DNA of 64,000 nucleotides from Schmidtea nova (Eukaryota): NCBI GenBank assembly GCA_044892505.1, contig CM097883.1, positions 278,194,001 to 278,258,000 of the forward strand, read 5' to 3'. Shown piece by piece: positions 14,594 to 26,519 of this stretch (position 1 is its first letter; each line of letters starts with the position of its first letter). The notes under the pieces were generated by a model. It saw only the letters and a program-made list of their open reading frames with translations, ran no database searches and was not told where the DNA came from. The position numbers and the translations under genes were made by a program.

Positions 14594-15165
14594 ATTTGCA
14601 CTGCAGACGTTCATTATAAACTACAATATGTAAATAACTGCTTGACTGGAGACTTTTGGTATGCCATGGTATATCTCTCTGCCAGAAAAGACACTCGACA
14701 AGACAAGATAAATTGACTTGTCACTACAAACAGCAAATCTGTGTCGCTAGCACAAAGATAAATCTCAAAAAATATTTCACCCATGCGTGACGCCACGACA
14801 CCCACAAACAGACCACATGGAATCAGGCAAGAAACACACATCTGTCATCTATATTCTTAAGTTATCTTGATAGGTTTCAAGATAACTACTCTCATTCATT
14901 GCGGCACCTATGCGCCGTTAATCAGTACCATCCGGTCGACTACACGAGCCAGAACCAACAATCAGACAAACGTCCAATTAGGGGCCATGGAATTCCGCCA
15001 TCATTTGCGCTGCCACATCCTTTTCTGACTGAGTGTTATACCATGCATGCACCCCCTTGGCGTTTCCACCAAGAGACTTTAACCCCTAGCTGTACCTATG
15101 TGCGTGCCTTCTCTGGTCTTATGATATTGGAATGTTAAACTATACAGTTCGCATTCCAACAAAAT

Positions 15166-15386
15166 TCATACATATATATATATAAAAGCCTTATCACTGT
15201 ATGTATGTGTCTGTAACGCTGACCACATTAGACAGTCTACTTACTATAGTAAGTAGATTAAAATTGAAATTTATTAAAATTAATTTATTAAGTTGATTTA
15301 TTATGAGCGTTACAGACGCATACATACAGTGACAAGGCTTTAATTATTCAAACTATTTACCCATGCTAGCACGGGATGAAGCCTAG
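15166..15386 (+). mobile_element. Non-autonomous Helitron-like element with internal fold-back
   Basis: 3' hairpin CCCATGCTAGCACGGG then CTAG|T; (TA)n-AAAAGCC 5' end; ~36-bp internal inverted repeat (15186-15220 / 15305-15341). Confidence 0.65.
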
Positions 15387-15761
15387 TTACATAAATAAAT
15401 TGATAAAATATGATTTTCTGTTATTGAATCATCAAATTATTTTTAAATCTTACTTATAACTGTAATTCCAATTAACAGTTTCTCCAAAAAAATTTATTAT
15501 TATTGAGATCAAATAAGTTTTTGACCGAATTTGTTTTCAATGTAAGTTTAATATTTTGATATTTTATTAATAATATTAATCGTCGATTGATGTTGATCCT
15601 TGTCGTCTCACCTCAGTTGCGATTTCTACTGGCAAAAAGTTGATTACAATGTTTATCAATAAATCTCCAGAATTAAGTCAGATTCTTTATTTCTGATAAA
15701 TGCATGTTAATATTGTCCCGGATCTGGAATTTCTTGTTTATCAACTTGGAAAAGGATGTTT

Positions 15762-16077
15762 CTAGATACCGCTGAAAGCTCGCATCAATGATATTTTAAT
15801 TTCTTCGTAGCTAATATTTTCGTTTTTCGCTGCTTCCTTAAGAGTGATAAATTCCTCCCCCTTTATGACAAAAAATAAAATTTCCTTTTTTCCGCTGAAC
15901 TTGTGTAGCTTACATATCAATTCGAACTTATCGAACAATTCATTGATTTTCACGCTTTTGCCGTCAAAAAATTTTGTTGCGCTTAGTATGTCTTTTTTCA
16001 TGCCCGGATAGCTTGTGTGATATTAAACAATAAGACAAAGATAAGTTACAATATTCAAAGTTTATTCATTACACACA
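15762..16077 (-). mobile_element. Gypsy remnant: gag N-terminus, PBS and probable LTR fragment
   Basis: ORF 15762-16001 resembles the gag at 44634-45041 (FDG...L.G.A...YE.I...L..AFS); same LTR-AGCTATC..GGC-ATG junction. Confidence 0.6.
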
Positions 16078-17371
16078 AATTCATTTATTTAAACAACTTT
16101 ATTTTTTCTTATTATTCATTTTTTAAATTATCCTCCTTTATATATATTTGATGAAGATTCTTTTATTTTATTTTTAAAACGTGTTTTAATTAAATTATGT
16201 TAATTTTCCATGGTTATTAGTTTTTATTTAGTGTTTTCAAGTATCATTTTAAATTCACTTCTTGCGCACTCTCTACTTGCTGAGTAACCACTTTAATTAA
16301 ACAAAAAAATTGTTTAGTTTTTTCCCAACACATTTATTAAAATAAATAATTTAAATATTAAAATAAATATACAAATTAAATTATAAATATTTCTATTTTA
16401 TAAACAGAATGTGTATTCGTAAAAGAATAGTATAAATAGACGCTGAAAACTCATAATTTAGTCATCACTTTTGCGAACAGACATTTAAGATATTTATAAA
16501 CACTACCAGCCATAATCGATATTTAATTTAGCAATTAAAGTGGAACAATTTTGATAACTATGTTTTATTCTTTTGTGTAATTATTAATTGGACTTTTTTG
16601 TATAATGTTTAATAAATATTTGAAACATGATTGTGTTTCTTTTGTTCTGTCTCAATTTGATTTTTCCGATTAGACTGATTTAGGAGGGGCTCTATCGGCT
16701 CACGAGTCATGAGTTCCCGATCGGGCGGAGGTTCTTGAACCAAATAGTCGAGTCTTCTGATCATCGTCATATTAAATTATACAGACTTGTTAGGGTAATG
16801 AAAATTAAGGGGATTAAATACGAATTGAGCTATAAACGGACAGGCGGGTTGCTTTTAAGAATGGCTAGGAAATAAATAGGTGTAGATTTTAGATTTTAAT
16901 GTGAGACTATAGAAAGTGTTGAGATCAGTAAATTAAAGTTTTTAAATAAAATTTAAAATGAATATAAAATGGAAATCGAAAGAAGCAGATTGATAGAAAA
17001 TTGGGATCAAACAAAGAACTGATGGCAAAACAATTATGATATAAACAGAATTTGGAAAGGGAACAGTTAAATTCGAAACACAAAATATGCAAATTTTGAA
17101 AAAAAATTTAATAGATAGTTAATTTATCGAAATCGAAATTGGAAAACGGGATAGATATAGATTAATTAATGGCGAAGAACAGAGGGATTAGAAATCGGTC
17201 AGAAAATGTTTAGAACGGGTCAAAAAGTATGCAAATCCATAAAAACAGAAAATCGTCAATTAATTAATTAATTGGCTAATGGAAAACCCGAGCCAATGGA
17301 AAACCCGAGAGATGAAGAGTAGGGGATAGTAAGCGGACGACACCGCGTTTTCACATAGCAACGGTTGATAA

Positions 17372-17600
17372 GTCCCCGGGCAAGGTGTTGCTAAGGTAAA
17401 CACACACGACAATATATAGTCCCGAGGAAGATGTTGCCAGGGTAAATATACCCATCAATATTAAAGCCCCGAAGAACATTTTACCAGGGTAAACACACAT
17501 CAATAAATAATCCCTGAAGAACACGTTGCTAGGGTAAACATACATCAATATATAGTCCCCAGGGAGGGTGTTGCTAAGGTAAAAACACACACATACAATT
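17372..17600. repeat. ~46-bp tandem repeat x5, possibly a Maverick subterminal array
   Basis: Units like GTCCCCGGGCAAGGTGTTGCTAAGGTAAACACACACGACAATATATA. Confidence 0.8.
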
Positions 17601-17871
17601 ATTATTACCTGCACCAAGTAACACATGACAATATTTTTTATTATTGGATAGCATTTTTTTTGTTTTAATTAAGTGACTAACATTTCGAATAGTTGCTCCA
17701 CATATTTTTAACTGATAACTTTCAATATATAATTTAATTTTANNNNNNNNNNNNNNNNNNNNNNNNNNNNNNNNNNNNNNNNNNNNNNNNNNNNNNNNNN
17801 NNNNNNNNNNNNNNNNNNNNNNNNNNNNNNNNNNNNNNNNNNNNNNNNNNNNNNNNNNNNNNNNNNNNNNN

Positions 17872-18146
17872 TCATTTTTGGAAGGACATTGATCACATTG
17901 TAATCTTATTTTGCTAATTATTTTTTCAATTTCATTAATAATCAAATTATTTTTGGAAGGACATTGATCACATTGTAATTTTATTTGACTGCATTCAGTG
18001 TTTGAGTAAACACATATTTCATTATAACTCGCACAAGTACTATCTTCTCTTCTAAACGGATGGGTTGATTGACAAGAAGGCAAAGCTTGTTCTCCTTCGG
18101 TATTGTGAACACATAATAATAATAGAATAACTATATTTAATTTCAT
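17872..18146 (-). CDS. Secreted Cys-rich protein, 3' end lost in a gap
   Basis: Signal peptide MKLNIVILLLLCVHNTEG; repeated LQCDQCPSK. Confidence 0.55.
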
Positions 18147-18209
18147 TTAAAAAACAAAAAACTAATATAAAAACTAAAATTGTTCATACTAAAATTTATT
18201 AAATCACAA

Positions 18210-18753
18210 TTATGGGTATCGTGCATTATCAACTCTCCAAATTGGAGTAACCACTTCCTTTTTATCAATCTTGTATCCTTGAATAATTATCGTAACGAAC
18301 CAGTGTTCTTGATCCACGAATTTGATAGTTTGAAAAGCATCATGGAACCGAGTTTTTCTGTTATTGATGTACATTGTTTCTTTACAAGTTAAATTAACAT
18401 TGATCTTTGAAAATAATCTATTTAGTGCTATAATATCTTCTTTATCAATAATTACAGCAAGACTATCATACAAAGACTTTGTTAGTTTTACCGGATAAGA
18501 TAATCGAAACGGTATTTCTTTAACCAAAAAATAAATTCGGCTGTCATAGTATATCTGGACTGGTTTTACCTCAGTCGGGATTATTTTTTCTTCGCTGATA
18601 TCTTAATTTTGTTTTCGTTTTTATAGATTGTGACAATATCTTAAAAATGTCTTTGTATTTATACTGATGACTGTATGTAATTAGCCAATCATATTCATGC
18701 ATTTGTATTGCACATAATATGTATCTGTATTGCAATGTCTTTGTTGTATGCAT
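18210..18753 (-). pseudogene. Maverick accessory ORF (interrupted), possibly OB-fold/SSB-like
   Basis: Two adjacent same-strand ORFs (18571-18753, 18210-18527); beta-rich C-terminus WFVTIIIQGYKI...TPIWRV. Confidence 0.4.
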
Positions 18754-19059
18754 GCATGTTTTAATTATTTAATTATTTTTTTTAAACAAAATATAATTTC
18801 ATTTGTTATTTCTATATATATATATATATAACTTTATTAATAATTTTTAAAAAGAAAACCACTTAATAAATTTTTAATAAAAAAAAATAAATAACTACTT
18901 AAAACTTTAATAAAACTACTTAGAAAATAAAAATTATTGTAAAATAACTTAAAGTAAAAACAAAAAGTAAAATCCAAAACATTTATTAAATAACATAATA
19001 CTAAAATGATAAAACTAAAATGATATTAAAAACCTGATTATGAAACTTATTCTTTATTT

Positions 19060-19665
19060 TATAATTCTTCTTCTTCTTCTTCTTCTTCTTCTTCTTCTTC
19101 TTCTTCTTCTTCTTCTTCTTCTTCTTCTTCTTCATCATCAACCTTCCTGTGACAATCAACACAATCAGGTGACTCTGGCGATTCGTCACAATCTTTATTA
19201 CCTGTTAATTGTTCTATAGGACAATCACATTCGTTTATCGATTTATCGATTTATCGCAAATATTCTCTTCATCATGAATCGGCTCCGGAGTTGAGTTGGG
19301 CCATGTTTCTTTTTCCATCTTCTCCACGTCCTCCTCCTCAACTTTTTCCAGTTGTTGAGCATCGAATTTCTTCAAAGTATTTCTTAAGATCCAAATATAA
19401 AATTTCCATACGATGTGCTCTGCCATATGGGGCAAATCATTGTTTAGATTTGTCAGATGGCCCAGTACGATCTGGTTCACATCTATTCCAGTCAAGACCT
19501 GGATTTTGTATGGAAACAGCTCCTGTGCTGTATAAGTGAGTGTCGGCATGATGTTCGGAAATATTTCGGCCATTTTGGTGTAGAACACTGCCATAAGCTT
19601 TTCTAAAAAATAAATATATTAAATTTGAAATATTAAAAAGTAGTATCCTTACCACTTTTCAACAT
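19060..19665 (-). pseudogene. Maverick accessory acidic/Cys protein; 50-bp intron and an 8-bp duplication frameshift
   Basis: ATGTTGAAAAGTG|gt..ag|AAAAGCTTATG joins in frame (intron 19603-19652); removing one GATAAATC copy extends to ECDCPIE..DCVDCHRKVDDE(n)L*. Confidence 0.6.
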
Positions 19666-19718
19666 GGTTTGTTTTAATCACATAATTTTATATCTAAATT
19701 ATGTCAGATTGTTCATAG

Positions 19719-19834
19719 TTTATATATGAAAGAAATACACATCATATGCAAAATAATACAGACTGAACCAATCAGATTCAAGCATGCACAACATGTCTTT
19801 ATTCTCGAAATACACACTCGACCAATCAGAATCG
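19719..19834 (-). promoter_or_regulatory. Putative Pol II promoter (two CCAAT boxes and TATA)
   Basis: CCAATCAGA at 19768 and 19822; minus-strand TATATAAA at 19719-19726, ~55 bp before ATG 19665. Confidence 0.5.
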
Positions 19835-19861
19835 TGCATTTCTTTTGCATCAATATTGCAG

Positions 19862-20368
19862 TCATGAGTCACATGTTAGTATGAAATCAACAAAGGCTTT
19901 ATCTTCGATAATTGATTTTATATCGTTAAGAATATTATCAACTATAGTTGAATAGTCTTTGTTTTTTTATCCTAATATGACTAATTTTCCACTTGCAAAT
20001 ATATTTACACACATTGGATTATATTTGATATATCTCAAAGCTGGAAATAATTCTGGCTCGTAAACACACGGTATCAATTTAGATAATTCATTTAAATTAA
20101 AAATAAATCCTAAATCCGCAGTTACAGTTATCGATTGTATTGTTAAATCGTGAAACTTTACTTGTTCATCACTAATAAATTCCTTGCATCCCGTTATCCT
20201 ATATCTGCCTGTCTTAAAGTATATTATCGGATACTTTCCACTTCTATCTACAATTTGCTGTGGTTTTCCATTTGGAAATTTCATGTGTGACACATCTGTC
20301 TTACCCTTGTAATTAATGTTTCTAATCATTACTGAAAATATTTTTAAATGAAACAAATACTTTGACAA
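19862..20368 (-). pseudogene. TATA-binding-protein-like gene with a premature stop near the C-terminus
   Basis: Two TBP-type repeats: ..IIYFKTGRYRITGCKE and IQSITVTADLGF.FNL..L...YEPELFPALRY..YNP...IFASGKLVILG; frame stays open past TAA 19967 (KNKDYSTIVDNILNDIKSII). Confidence 0.8.
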
Positions 20369-20422
20369 CGAGTATTTAAAACAAATATAAACAATAGTAT
20401 TAATTTAATATAATTTTTAAAT

Positions 20423-21045
20423 ATGGAATTAAGAAATGATGCAGTGTTTCAAATTGTGGTCCAAGCGGGAGTGGAAAAACTTTATTTGTTTGTAAATTAT
20501 CGCAATCGAAATTATTCAAATCAAAATTCAATAAAATTTATTGGCATAGGGGCGCTGACGACGAACATAGAATGACTCAAGATCAATTTTTGTAAAATAA
20601 AAATGACAATCATAAAAGGTTTCGATAAAAACTGTTTATCTAGATTGCGCCAAGGTGATGTGATTATCATTGATGACTTGTATCAAGAAGCCAATAAATA
20701 GAAGGATTTCAATAATATTTTTACGAAAATCAGTAGACACAAAGGTGTTACTGTTATTTTTATCACTCAGAATTAATTTATCAGGGCGGCAGTCATCGAA
20801 CCAGTAATTTAAATGTTCAGTATCTTGCTGTTTTTAAAAATCCTAGAGATGCAACAGTTATTGATTTTCTGGCAAGACAAGCTTACCCTTCAAACCGTAA
20901 CTTTTTGATTGAAGCCTTTCAAGATGCTACAAAATCTCCTCATGGATATATTTTCCTGGATTTTACTCAACAATGCAGTGATGATTTAAGAGTTAGAACT
21001 GATATTTTTAACAAGGAAGGAGCCATGGTTTATAAACAAAGTTAA
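20423..21045 (+). pseudogene. A32/FtsK-like packaging ATPase
   Basis: GPSGSGKT Walker A, IIIDDL Walker B, SRH..VTVIFITQN, FKNPRD, HGYIFLD; frameshifts and stops, so missed by the ORF track. Confidence 0.92.
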
Positions 21046-21065
21046 TTCTATTTACAGTACTAATA

Positions 21066-21440
21066 ATGTTAATGAAATCTAGAGTAAAGTTTGAGCCATT
21101 GATAAAGGCTAGAATAACTATCAAAAAAGCGGGTAAGAAAACAAAGAAACCAATTACAAAGAAATCAAGAAAGAAATCAAAAACAAGTTATACACCGTCC
21201 AAGAAAATAATTATGGATAATATTCCCAAAAATAATTTGAAATCTAATGCTAAACAAATACATAATCGTAGTTTACCGTTTTTTAATGCATTGCTTAAAG
21301 CCCACTCTGTTAGAAGAATGGGTATTCTTCAATCGTTTCCTAATTACGTCATTGATGATTTACTCGCTATTTTAATTAAAGTCGTTAGAGGTAAAATGAA
21401 TCTAAGTCCATCTAATCATCTAAACCTATGCGCAAAATAA
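21066..21440 (+). CDS. Lys-rich conserved Maverick small ORF (putative core/DNA-binding), 3' truncated
   Basis: Basic N-terminus; helical ..IDDLLAILIKVVRGKMNL motif; typical position after the ATPase. Confidence 0.55.
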   Translation: MLMKSRVKFEPLIKARITIKKAGKKTKKPITKKSRKKSKTSYTPSKKIIMDNIPKNNLKSNAKQIHNRSLPFFNALLKAHSVRRMGILQSFPNYVIDDLLAILIKVVRGKMNLSPSNHLNLCAK

Positions 21441-22261
21441 TATATAAACAACAAGGAATATAAGTATATTTTAACATGTATTGATGTTTACAGTCGTTTT
21501 GCTCGGGTAATCGCAGTAAATTCTAAATCCGCTAATGACATGGCAATCGCGAACAAAGCAATGATGAAAAAGGATCGGCCAACTAATTTACAAACCGATT
21601 TGGGTAAGTAAAAAATAAAAATTTATATATTTAATATTTTTTAGGAAAGGAATTTTACAACAGTAAAGTCAAGGAAGTTATCAAAGGAATCAATCATTAT
21701 TCGGTATTCTCTCAATTCAAAGCAGCCCATGTCGAGAGATTTAATCAAACATTACGTGATCGCTTGAAAAAATACTTTGTTTTTAAAGGCAATAAAACCT
21801 GGATTATTGTTTTACCACAAATGATTCATAGTTATAATCATAGTGCGCATCGAGGTATAAATGGAAGGAAACCGGCCGAAGTATTTGATACTGAAAATAT
21901 TCTGAGAGATACAAAAATAAAGAAACCAAAATATAAAATAGGTGATCATGTTTGAATTAGTAAAATTAGTGCATCGCCATTCATTAAAAATTTTGATAGT
22001 AATTGGAGCGATGAGGTATTTAAAATATCGAAAGTCAATACGGTGCAGAATCCTGTCATGTATACTATTTCTGATTCTGATAAAAATATAATCAGTGGGA
22101 AATTCTATAAACAAGAATTACAATTTATACCTCCACCCACAATATTTAGAATTCAAAATATTTTGAAGACTAAAATGGTGGGTAAGGATAAACAATAATA
22201 TGTCAAGTGGCATGGATTTAAAGAACCATCATGGATATCGTCAAAAAACCTAGTAAAATGA
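21441..22261 (+). pseudogene. Retroviral-like (rve) integrase with C-terminal chromodomain; 41-bp intron
   Basis: YILTCIDVYSRF, LQTDLG|KEF (intron 21604-21644), VERFNQTLR, YNHSAHRGI, KYKIGDHV, YVKWHGFKEPSWI; N-terminus deleted. Confidence 0.92.
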
Positions 22262-23649
22262 ATTTGTACAATACTTTACCGAGCAATAGTTGTCCGAATA
22301 TATATCCGGAAAATACTGCAAGTAAATTCATGGTGAATTTACCAAATGCTATTTATTTACAAGGAAATTGGGAAGTTGCTCTATTGGATTTTACATTTGT
22401 TTACCAACCTTTTCCATTTTATAGTCAATGTAAAATTTTTTACAATCTAATAAAAACGACTGTTGCATATACATTTTTCTCGATATATAATGATAGTGGC
22501 AAGCTTAATGTTCCAACTCACACTATTGATCCAGATATCGAAATGCGGTATAGAGGTGGAAGAATTATTCTCACATGTAATATTACTCCTTATACAATTA
22601 CATTTAATAATCTTGATGATGCAAAACGAATGGGAAGTAATAAACTGACAATCACATGTAAAGAAGAAGAATGTGAATTCAGTGTTTCGCAAAAAGCTGG
22701 TTGCAAAGATGAAGAAGTATTTAATTTCAGTATATCTTATAATACAGATGAACTACATGTATTTACGTTCAAGGATGACTTGTATATAACGCAATTAGAT
22801 GAATTACAGAAATATATTTCCGATAATTGTTCGGATATTTTTACTATTGTTGAATTAAATAAATTGTTCAAATTCAAACTAAAAGAAAGAATTACTCAAG
22901 TGAAATTTGATAAATACCTTGTCCATACATTGGGATTAGATAAGGATACATTTAGCCGTAAAAATATCGTTTCTGGTATTCGTAAACCGAAATTATCTAA
23001 ACTTCATCAGCAATTATTCATATATAGTAACATTAATGTGAAATAAATGTGAAATAAAGATTATGCCAACAATTGGTAGTAAAGAAGAAGAAATAATTAA
23101 TTTAAGTATATCTTATAATACGGTAGACGAATATGTAATCACATTCAAGGATGACTTGTATGTAACGCAAATCGATGAATTACAGAGATATGTTTCTGAT
23201 AATTGTTCGCATATTTTTACTGTTGTTGAATTAAGTAAATTGTTCAAATTCAAACTCAAAGAAAACATTACTGAAGTGAATTTTGATAAATACCTGGTCA
23301 ATACATTGGGATTGATAAGCATACATTTAGCCGTAAAAATGTCATTTCTGGTATTCGTCAACCGAAATTAACTAAACTTCATCAGCAATTATTCATGTAT
23401 ACTAACAATATCGAACCCATAATTGTTGGTGATTCTTTAGTTCCTTTACTAAAATTGGTATGGATCAATAAATACGAGCAAGATGAAATTGTTCAAATAC
23501 AAGTAGAAAATCCAATGTATTTATCGCTTTCAACATCTTGTATAAACAATATAGAAATAAATATCAGGGATGATAGCGGAAGATTAATAAAATTTCCAAA
23601 AGATTCAAAAACTCATTTAACTCTACATTTTCGAAAAAACGATGAGTAA
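22258..23649 (+). pseudogene. Minor capsid (penton-like) with internal tandem duplication
   Basis: TLPSNS..YPENT.SKF.V.LP..I.L.G.WEVAL N-terminus; Y.N.IEP.IVGDSLVPLL..INNIEINIRDD.G..I.F...LHFRK C-terminus. Confidence 0.85.
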
Positions 23650-24022
23650 TCCCGATATAGTTTCTTTGTACAGTAATAGCCAAACTGGTGGTGAATTACC
23701 GTATTTTGTAGGTAAACAATATGGATCAGGTTGGTTGAAAACTATTAGGAGATTTGCACTTCCAATACTTAGGCGAATAGGCAATTTCGGAATGAACACT
23801 GCCAATGACGTTATCATGAAAGATAATAAAATATTACCATCATTGAAAACAAATGCTTTGGCCGCAGTTAATAAAGCTATACCTGCTGTAACACAAATGC
23901 TTCCTTCAATTACAAATATGTTTTCAAAAAATGAACCGGAATCTGTACCAGTAGGACCAAGACGTAAACGAAAGCGTATAAACAAACGAATGAAAGGTCA
24001 TGGAACTATATTTGAAGAATGA
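23642..24022 (+). CDS. Maverick core/membrane-active protein with adenain-type cleavage motifs
   Basis: QTGG and QYGSG motifs, amphipathic helix WLKTIRRFALPILRRIG, basic RRKRKR tail; lies between the capsid genes. Confidence 0.75.
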   Translation: MSNPDIVSLYSNSQTGGELPYFVGKQYGSGWLKTIRRFALPILRRIGNFGMNTANDVIMKDNKILPSLKTNALAAVNKAIPAVTQMLPSITNMFSKNEPESVPVGPRRKRKRINKRMKGHGTIFEE

Positions 24023-25241
24023 TTTGCGGTAAATCTGAATTATGTCGTTTTGACCGACCAAGCCCCAAGCAGTTATTGAATATGGGGTATTTGAAGATGT
24101 GTTTCCAATGAATTCTATTACAGATAGTAGAAATGATGTTGAATTTTACATTAACGGTTCACAAACCGAATATTTGGATTTGAACTATACATTATTATCC
24201 GTTTCGGTCAAGGTTGTAGGTAAAGATAAAAAGAACTTAGTTGATGAGAGTGATGTATTACCTAATAATTACCAGTTTCATACACTTTTCAAAGATGTAA
24301 TTCTCGGATTTAATAATATGAAAATCGAGGGTGGAAACAATACATATGCACACAAGGCAATAATCGAAACTATTTTAAATTATACGAGTGATGCGAAAGA
24401 AACGTGTCTTACTCCAATGGGATTTGGGACTCCTGACGATAGAAAAAAAGTGAATCAAAGGATCGAAACTTTTCAACATGTGTTCGTCATTACAACTAGA
24501 TTTTATGGATCAACCTAAATACTTACTTCCCGGAGTTAATGTAAATATTAGATTGAAGAGATCTGATTCTGCATTGTCATTGAAATTGGCAACTGGGAAA
24601 CCAATAATCCAATTAGTAGACGCTAAATTAATGGTTCGAAGAGTTCGATGTGAATCTTCAGTATTAGCTGGTCATCAAATTGGTTTAAATAGTAAACATG
24701 TAATTTATCCACTAAAATCGAAAGAAATCGTATCTTTTTTGCAATCGGTAAAGGGGCATCGTCATTTTACAAGGAGCAAATATTTGGAGATAGACGAATG
24801 CCTAATTTCATTCTTGGGGCTTTTCAATCAGAAAATCAATATAACGGATCTTATGATGAGTTTACATCTACATTCAAACACTTTAATGTGACTTCATTAA
24901 CATTGTCGAAAAATACTGATTATCGCGAAACATATACCCAAGATTTTGAAAATGATAATTTTAGCTCATCATATATGCAAAGTCTTGTCCGAAATCTAGG
25001 TTATTTGGATAAAAACTTGAATTGCGGTATAAGTCTCGATGAATTTAAATCTAGTTCTCTATTCTTTACATTTGTTCTCGCTCCATATTTTGATTTGAAT
25101 CAAAGTCAAATCCCACAAAACGGAAATCTAAGTCTAGATATAAAGTTTGGAAAACCTATTGAGGAACCGGTTCATGTAGTTATATATGGAGTGTTTGAAA
25201 ATGAAGTAAAAATTACTGCCAATCGAACAGTACTAGTTTGA
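24019..25241 (+). pseudogene. Major capsid protein (double jelly-roll, hexon-like)
   Basis: KSEL..FD.P start overlapping the upstream stop (ATGA); YLDL..T.LSV, DFMDQPKYLLPGVNVNIRLKR, G.L.LDIKF..P; frameshifts. Confidence 0.88.
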
Positions 25242-25321
25242 TCAGAGCTCAAACATTGCTGGTTTAAACATTATTGGTTTGAGCAGTATAAATGACCAAA
25301 GTTATTATATTTATTATTATC

Positions 25322-25699
25322 ATGGAGTAGGTTTTTTAATTGATTAATTATTTATTTTTAATTAGTTCTATTCAGGTATTACAACAAGTTAAAAAACTAT
25401 TAGGAAATCAATTTATTGGAGTATTTCCGCTAGATAAAATACCTTTTTTGAAAAAGAATCAAGCCATCATTGTAAATACTCACACATCTACTTTGGGCGG
25501 TGAACATTGGATAGCAGTTTACGTTAAACCGGATCGAATACATGTATTTGATCCCTTTGGATATTATTATCCTAATTTACTTGTTCGAAAACTACAAACT
25601 ATTGGTAAACCTATTGTGTATAATAGAATTCGGTATCAACATCCATTAACAATCACTTGTGGTGAACATTGTCTTGCATTGTTGAAATCAATGTTATAA
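25322..25699 (+). CDS. Adenain-like cysteine maturation protease; 39-bp intron
   Basis: ATGGA|gt..ag|TTCTATT gives MDSIQVL (intron 25327-25365); GVFPLD, IVNT, GEHW, FDPFG, Q...TCGEHC. Confidence 0.9.
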
Positions 25700-25731
25700 T
25701 CAATTTATTTTAATAAATTTTATTTGAAAAA

Positions 25732-26136
25732 ATGTCTTGTTATTTTATCAATATCTATGGTTATAATGAAATGGGTGGAACAACAATTAAGGAATTATGT
25801 ATTATGAATGTTAATAATATTTTCACACCCCAGTATTATATATATATAGTGATTTATCTTTCTGGGCCTGATCGTTTAGAATGGTTTGAAGGACAAGATT
25901 ACTTTTGCCCAAAATGTATTATGGATGATATTACAGATAAAGGAGCTATTTTCTACGTTACAGATAATGAAAAAGTTGCAAGTTTTGAAGAAAATTTCCC
26001 CAAATTAAAATTAATTAAATATAATTTTAAAGAAGTTGAATATGTTCCAGAAAACATCTCATGTCCCTATAAAGATCATTGTATGTGTGCCTATAAAGGG
26101 TGCTTGTTTGGTGTTGTAGATTATTTAAAACAATAA
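25732..26136 (+). CDS. Maverick DEDD-exonuclease-like / Cys-His ORF
   Basis: I.G...IKEL, W.EG, EK, terminal C...H..CA pattern. Confidence 0.5.
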   Translation: MSCYFINIYGYNEMGGTTIKELCIMNVNNIFTPQYYIYIVIYLSGPDRLEWFEGQDYFCPKCIMDDITDKGAIFYVTDNEKVASFEENFPKLKLIKYNFKEVEYVPENISCPYKDHCMCAYKGCLFGVVDYLKQ

Positions 26137-26184
26137 ATGTATTATGTCATTTTATTATTTTTACTAATTATTATTTTTATTAAA

Positions 26185-26221
<37 letters not shown>

Positions 26222-26298
26222 TATTATTTCGAGAATTATTAACAAAGTCAAACGCATGATCAATGCATGATAAAGACATGATAAAACATGTGATATCA

Positions 26299-26450
26299 TG
26301 ACGTCACATGTCTTTGTCACGATACAAAGCAACTATCGTGATGTCAAACACATAAACAAAGGTACATTGCGTGTGCAGGATGTGTGCACGTATTTCTCTA
26401 TCCTATCTCGATTCTGATTGGACGGTTAATAAAAATCATCTTTATATAGT
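26299..26450 (+). promoter_or_regulatory. Putative promoter of the replication transcript (CRE, inverted CCAAT, TATA)
   Basis: TGACGTCA at 26299, CGATTCTGATTGG at 26409-26421, TTTATATA at 26441. Confidence 0.45.
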
Positions 26451-26519
26451 ATATACTTGCATTATTTTGTCACTTTTTACTTTCAAATTTTAATCGAATT
26501 TACAATAAATCAAACAATT

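Noticed and set aside
16002-16013. tRNA-Lys gene
   Set aside because: Only the first 12 nt match, then LTR-like sequence; interpreted as a PBS
17372-17600. CRISPR-like appearance of the 46-bp array (also 3190-3435)
   Set aside because: Units are contiguous degenerate tandem repeats with no unique spacers, no cas genes, and the context is eukaryotic
19001-19189. Poly-Lys ORF
   Set aside because: Alternative frame of a (GAA)n tract that reads better as the poly-Glu tail of the 19665 gene
19140-19270. LxCxE Rb-binding motif in the acidic viral ORF
   Set aside because: Only KDCDE and NICDK are present; no true LxCxE
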